Shown one piece after another: positions 61,575-64,000 of a stretch of 64,000 nt of DNA (its first letter is position 1; each line of letters begins with the position of its first letter). The notes under the pieces are model-generated. The model made no database searches. It was not told where the DNA came from and saw only the letters and a program-made list of their open reading frames with translations. The DNA lies in assembly GCA_918797485.1 (NCBI GenBank), contig CAKKNE010000001.1:1674001-1738000 (forward strand), written 5' to 3'. The stretch comes from Pelagomonas calceolata. Taxonomy: Eukaryota. The translations under genes and the position numbers were made by a program.

Positions 61575-61853
61575 CTAGTGGCAGTCCCAGGGGTGCTTGA
61601 AGCCGAGCACCCACTGCCAGTCCTTCTCGGCGCGGTACATCATCCACACCCACATGGTCGTGGCGTAGATCGTGCCCAAGACCTCGTGGACGGGCTGCGG
61701 CTTGAAGTGGCCGTAATAGGGGCTTTGTTTGTCGGCCCAGGGGCGGCCTCCACCCGCGCCCATCGTTCGTCGCGGCGCAAGCGTCAAGCGCGGCGCGGCG
61801 GCGCGCGCCGGGGCCGCGGCGCGGCGCAGCGCGGCGAGGGCGACGACGGACAT
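61575..61853 (-). CDS. NDUFB2: Mitochondrial complex I subunit NDUFB2 (AGGG)-like
   Basis: Mitochondrial presequence then GAGGG; TMWVWMMYRAEKD...LG.KHPW. Confidence 0.75.
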   Translation of the reverse strand: MSVVALAALRRAAAPARAAAPRLTLAPRRTMGAGGGRPWADKQSPYYGHFKPQPVHEVLGTIYATTMWVWMMYRAEKDWQWVLGFKHPWDCH

Positions 61854-62078
61854 CGCTTTTTTTTTTGTTCTGCGCTGGCGCGCGGCGGCGCGCGGCCTGT
61901 TTTTGCGGCTTATTGCCTTTCGGCCCTTTTTGTGCGCGCTGCCGTCCGGGGCTCGCCGCGGCGCTTACGCTGTCTTTGGAGTGGTCAGCGCCGGCCAAGT
62001 AACGAGTCTGGGGTGCGGTGGGCCGCTGGAAGGGGTCTAATTCACCGCAAAAGGACGCTTGGGACGCGAGCTGCTTTT

Positions 62079-62102
62079 GCTAGTGTCTTACAATACGCTA
62101 GC
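62079..62102 (+). promoter_or_regulatory. Conserved upstream element (copy 12), divergent promoter
   Basis: gctagtgtcttacaatacgctagc, preceded by tttt. Confidence 0.7.
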
Positions 62103-62187
62103 TTCACTGCTTTTTGGCCGCGCCCGCAGCGTGCAAGCCGTAAAAATGCATCATGATCAAAGTTCGCATAAATAAACAAGCAACAAA

Positions 62188-63532
62188 ATGCCGCCCCCGA
62201 TCCGCGAGGTGACAGCTGCGCACCTCCAGACCCTCACGCAGCACCTAAAGCAGCGCCGCTGGCCCCAGCCGACGAAGTTCCGGAACCCGCCCTGGCTCGC
62301 CGCCTTCGCCGACTGCACTCCTCAAGCATTGCAACAGCGCTGCAGCACAAACGAGACCCTCAAAATCCTCCGCGTCGAGGCTCAGGTCAACGAATCGGGA
62401 GGCGACTACCACGGCGACGAGGTACGAAGAAGGGACGTGTCTATCAAATTGACGTCGGTGCTGAGCCTGCTCGAAGCGCACGGCGACGCGCAGCATTGGC
62501 TGCGGGAGGCGACGGACGGCGCTGAATATTATTTGGCCCAAGCACCGTTGTACGCCATAACCTCGGAAGGTAGTGAGACGCGCCATGCGCTGGCGGACCT
62601 CGTCCTATCATCAAAGGGCAGCCCTATGCCGCCCTGGCTCGCCGGGTCCTGCACGTTAAATCTGTGGCTCTCGCCTGGAGCAACCTCTTCCGCCCCGCAC
62701 TGCGACGAGTCGCACAACGTCCTGACGGTGTTGCGTGGGCGCAAGACCGTGCTGCTGCTCCCGCCGTCATCTGGCGCTGACTTGGGCGCGCTGCCGGCGT
62801 GGTCGGCGTCGCCGCACCACTGCCAATGTTCATCTGAAGAAGCGGCGCGGCACCCCTCTGCTTGCACGGTTACAATTGGTGTCGGTGAAGCTTTATTAAT
62901 ACCAGCAGGGTGGTATCACGCCGTCGCTTCTCCTGCAGGAACGGTTGCGGTCAACTGCTGGTGGCAGCCTTCTGTGTGGAAATCAAATTTTACGGCGCGT
63001 TCACGCTGAATCTTCGCGTCGACCTCCACGCCATCGATGCGACGCCTGCTCGATGACGTGGCGATGCCGATTCCTCACCGCTCGACGGAGCCAGCACGGC
63101 ACTGGTTGATTTCCACACAGGCCGCCTTCACTGATGTGCCGGGCTCCGGAGGCGCTCGCGGCGCTGGCGTTCCGGAAACGCAGTCCGCAACTCGCGTTCT
63201 TCGCGAGGAGGGCATTAATTCGCCGGCAGCGAGCGGCCGTCGACGCGGCGGCCGGCGAGTTAAGACTCGCGGATTTATTGAGGGCGGCCTCTACGTACCC
63301 GACGCGGTGGCGCCGGCGCCTCGAAACCGCGCCGCCGGCGGCCTGCGCGGCGCTCTACGCGCTCTGGACGCGCGAGGCCGACGGCGCCTGCGAGCCCCTG
63401 CTTGAGGTGTTTGCGCCCGACGAGCGCGGCGCCGTCGTCGCGCGGCTGCGGCGCGGGCGCGACCGCTTCGCGCGCGCGGTCTTTCGGAAGTTGTGTCGGC
63501 GGTTGCGGCGGCGGCGGCGACGGCGTTTGTAG
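62188..63532 (+). CDS. JmjC/cupin-like 2OG oxygenase, 2 exons
   Basis: join(62188..62963,63121..63532); NLWL, HCDESHN, GRKTVLL, LLIPAGWYHAV, AVNCWW. Confidence 0.85.
62964..63128 (+). mobile_element. Introner forming the 157-nt GC-AG intron 62964-63120
   Basis: TSD gcagcctt / gccgcctt (7/8); perfect 15-bp TIR ctgtgtggaaatcaa / ttgatttccacacag. Confidence 0.9.
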
Positions 63533-63758
63533 TTGTTGTAATTTTTTGTCGGAAAAACCCGGGACGGCAGCGCGGAGTCAGCAGCGCGTGCCAGCGTTCA
63601 GCGGCCGCATTCGTCGCTGTCACCTCGTTTCGAATTATCGCACGGCTTCTGAGTAATCGCTTCTCGCATCTGCTGAAGTTTGTACAGCTTGCAGCACGTT
63701 TCAAGCACTGCTCCGGGCTGCTCTCTAATAAGGCTGTGGCACCACGCCCTATCACTCA

Positions 63759-64000
63759 ATGATGAATCGCCTCGTCGCCGTGCTCGCCGCCGCGACGGCG
63801 CTGGAGCCCGTCGCCCGCCGCACCCTGCTGAAGGGCGTGCCGGCGGCCGCCGCTCTCGCGACGCCCGCACTGGCAGCCGACAACGCTCTACAAAAGACGA
63901 GCTGCTTCGAAGTAATTCCAGACTCGTCATTAGCCTTGAAACCGAAGCTCACGCCCATCAAACCCGACAAATGTATTGGAGGCCTCAAGGCGGCCAAAGC
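63759..64000 (+). CDS. 5' part of a probable thylakoid-lumen protein, runs off the window
   Basis: MMNRLVAVLAAATALEPVARRTLLKGVPAAAALATPALA-ADN: signal, twin-Arg and AxA cleavage site; open to the window end. Confidence 0.65.
   Translation, partial: MMNRLVAVLAAATALEPVARRTLLKGVPAAAALATPALAADNALQKTSCFEVIPDSSLALKPKLTPIKPDKCIGGLKAAK

Noticed and set aside
959..62102. The GCTAG 24-bp element as a CRISPR repeat or bacterial REP
   Set aside because: Copies are solitary and kilobases apart with no spacer array or cas genes; the context is eukaryotic and the position is promoter-specific.
1..64000. Bacterial or viral origin of the whole window
   Set aside because: Spliceosomal introns, plastid and mitochondrial presequences, dynein LC1, formin and SET genes show a eukaryotic nuclear chromosome; no operons or viral hallmark genes were seen.

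Overview
GC-rich, very gene-dense eukaryotic nuclear DNA. Bipartite plastid-targeting signals, a flagellar dynein light chain, MYND/RING and FG-GAP family members and introner-type introns point to a photosynthetic stramenopile, most likely a pelagophyte such as Pelagomonas (inference). About 40 protein-coding genes are present, with 12 inferred spliceosomal introns. No rRNA, tRNA or CRISPR array was recognised. Two non-coding systems stand out. (1) A 23-24 bp quasi-palindromic element, consensus GCTAGTGTSTTAC-N4-CGCTAGC, occurs at least 12 times, always upstream of a start codon (mostly in divergent promoters) and never in coding or convergent spacers. It is a candidate general promoter or nucleosome-organising factor site. 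(2) A family of intron-generating MITE-like elements (introners) has ~13-15 bp TIRs (CTGTGTGGAAATCAA) and 8-bp TSDs, takes its GT/GC donor from the TSD and its AG acceptor from the TIR, works in both orientations, and grades into decayed ordinary-looking introns. Other oddities: a truncated bacterial-type sialate O-acetylesterase joined out of frame to another domain, a SAM + Cys-less pentameric ligand-gated channel-like gene, an OmpA-domain gene, a PBDC1-prolyl hydroxylase fusion, and a duplicated C-terminal tail of a RhoGAP gene. All product calls come from motif recognition only; no database searches were run.
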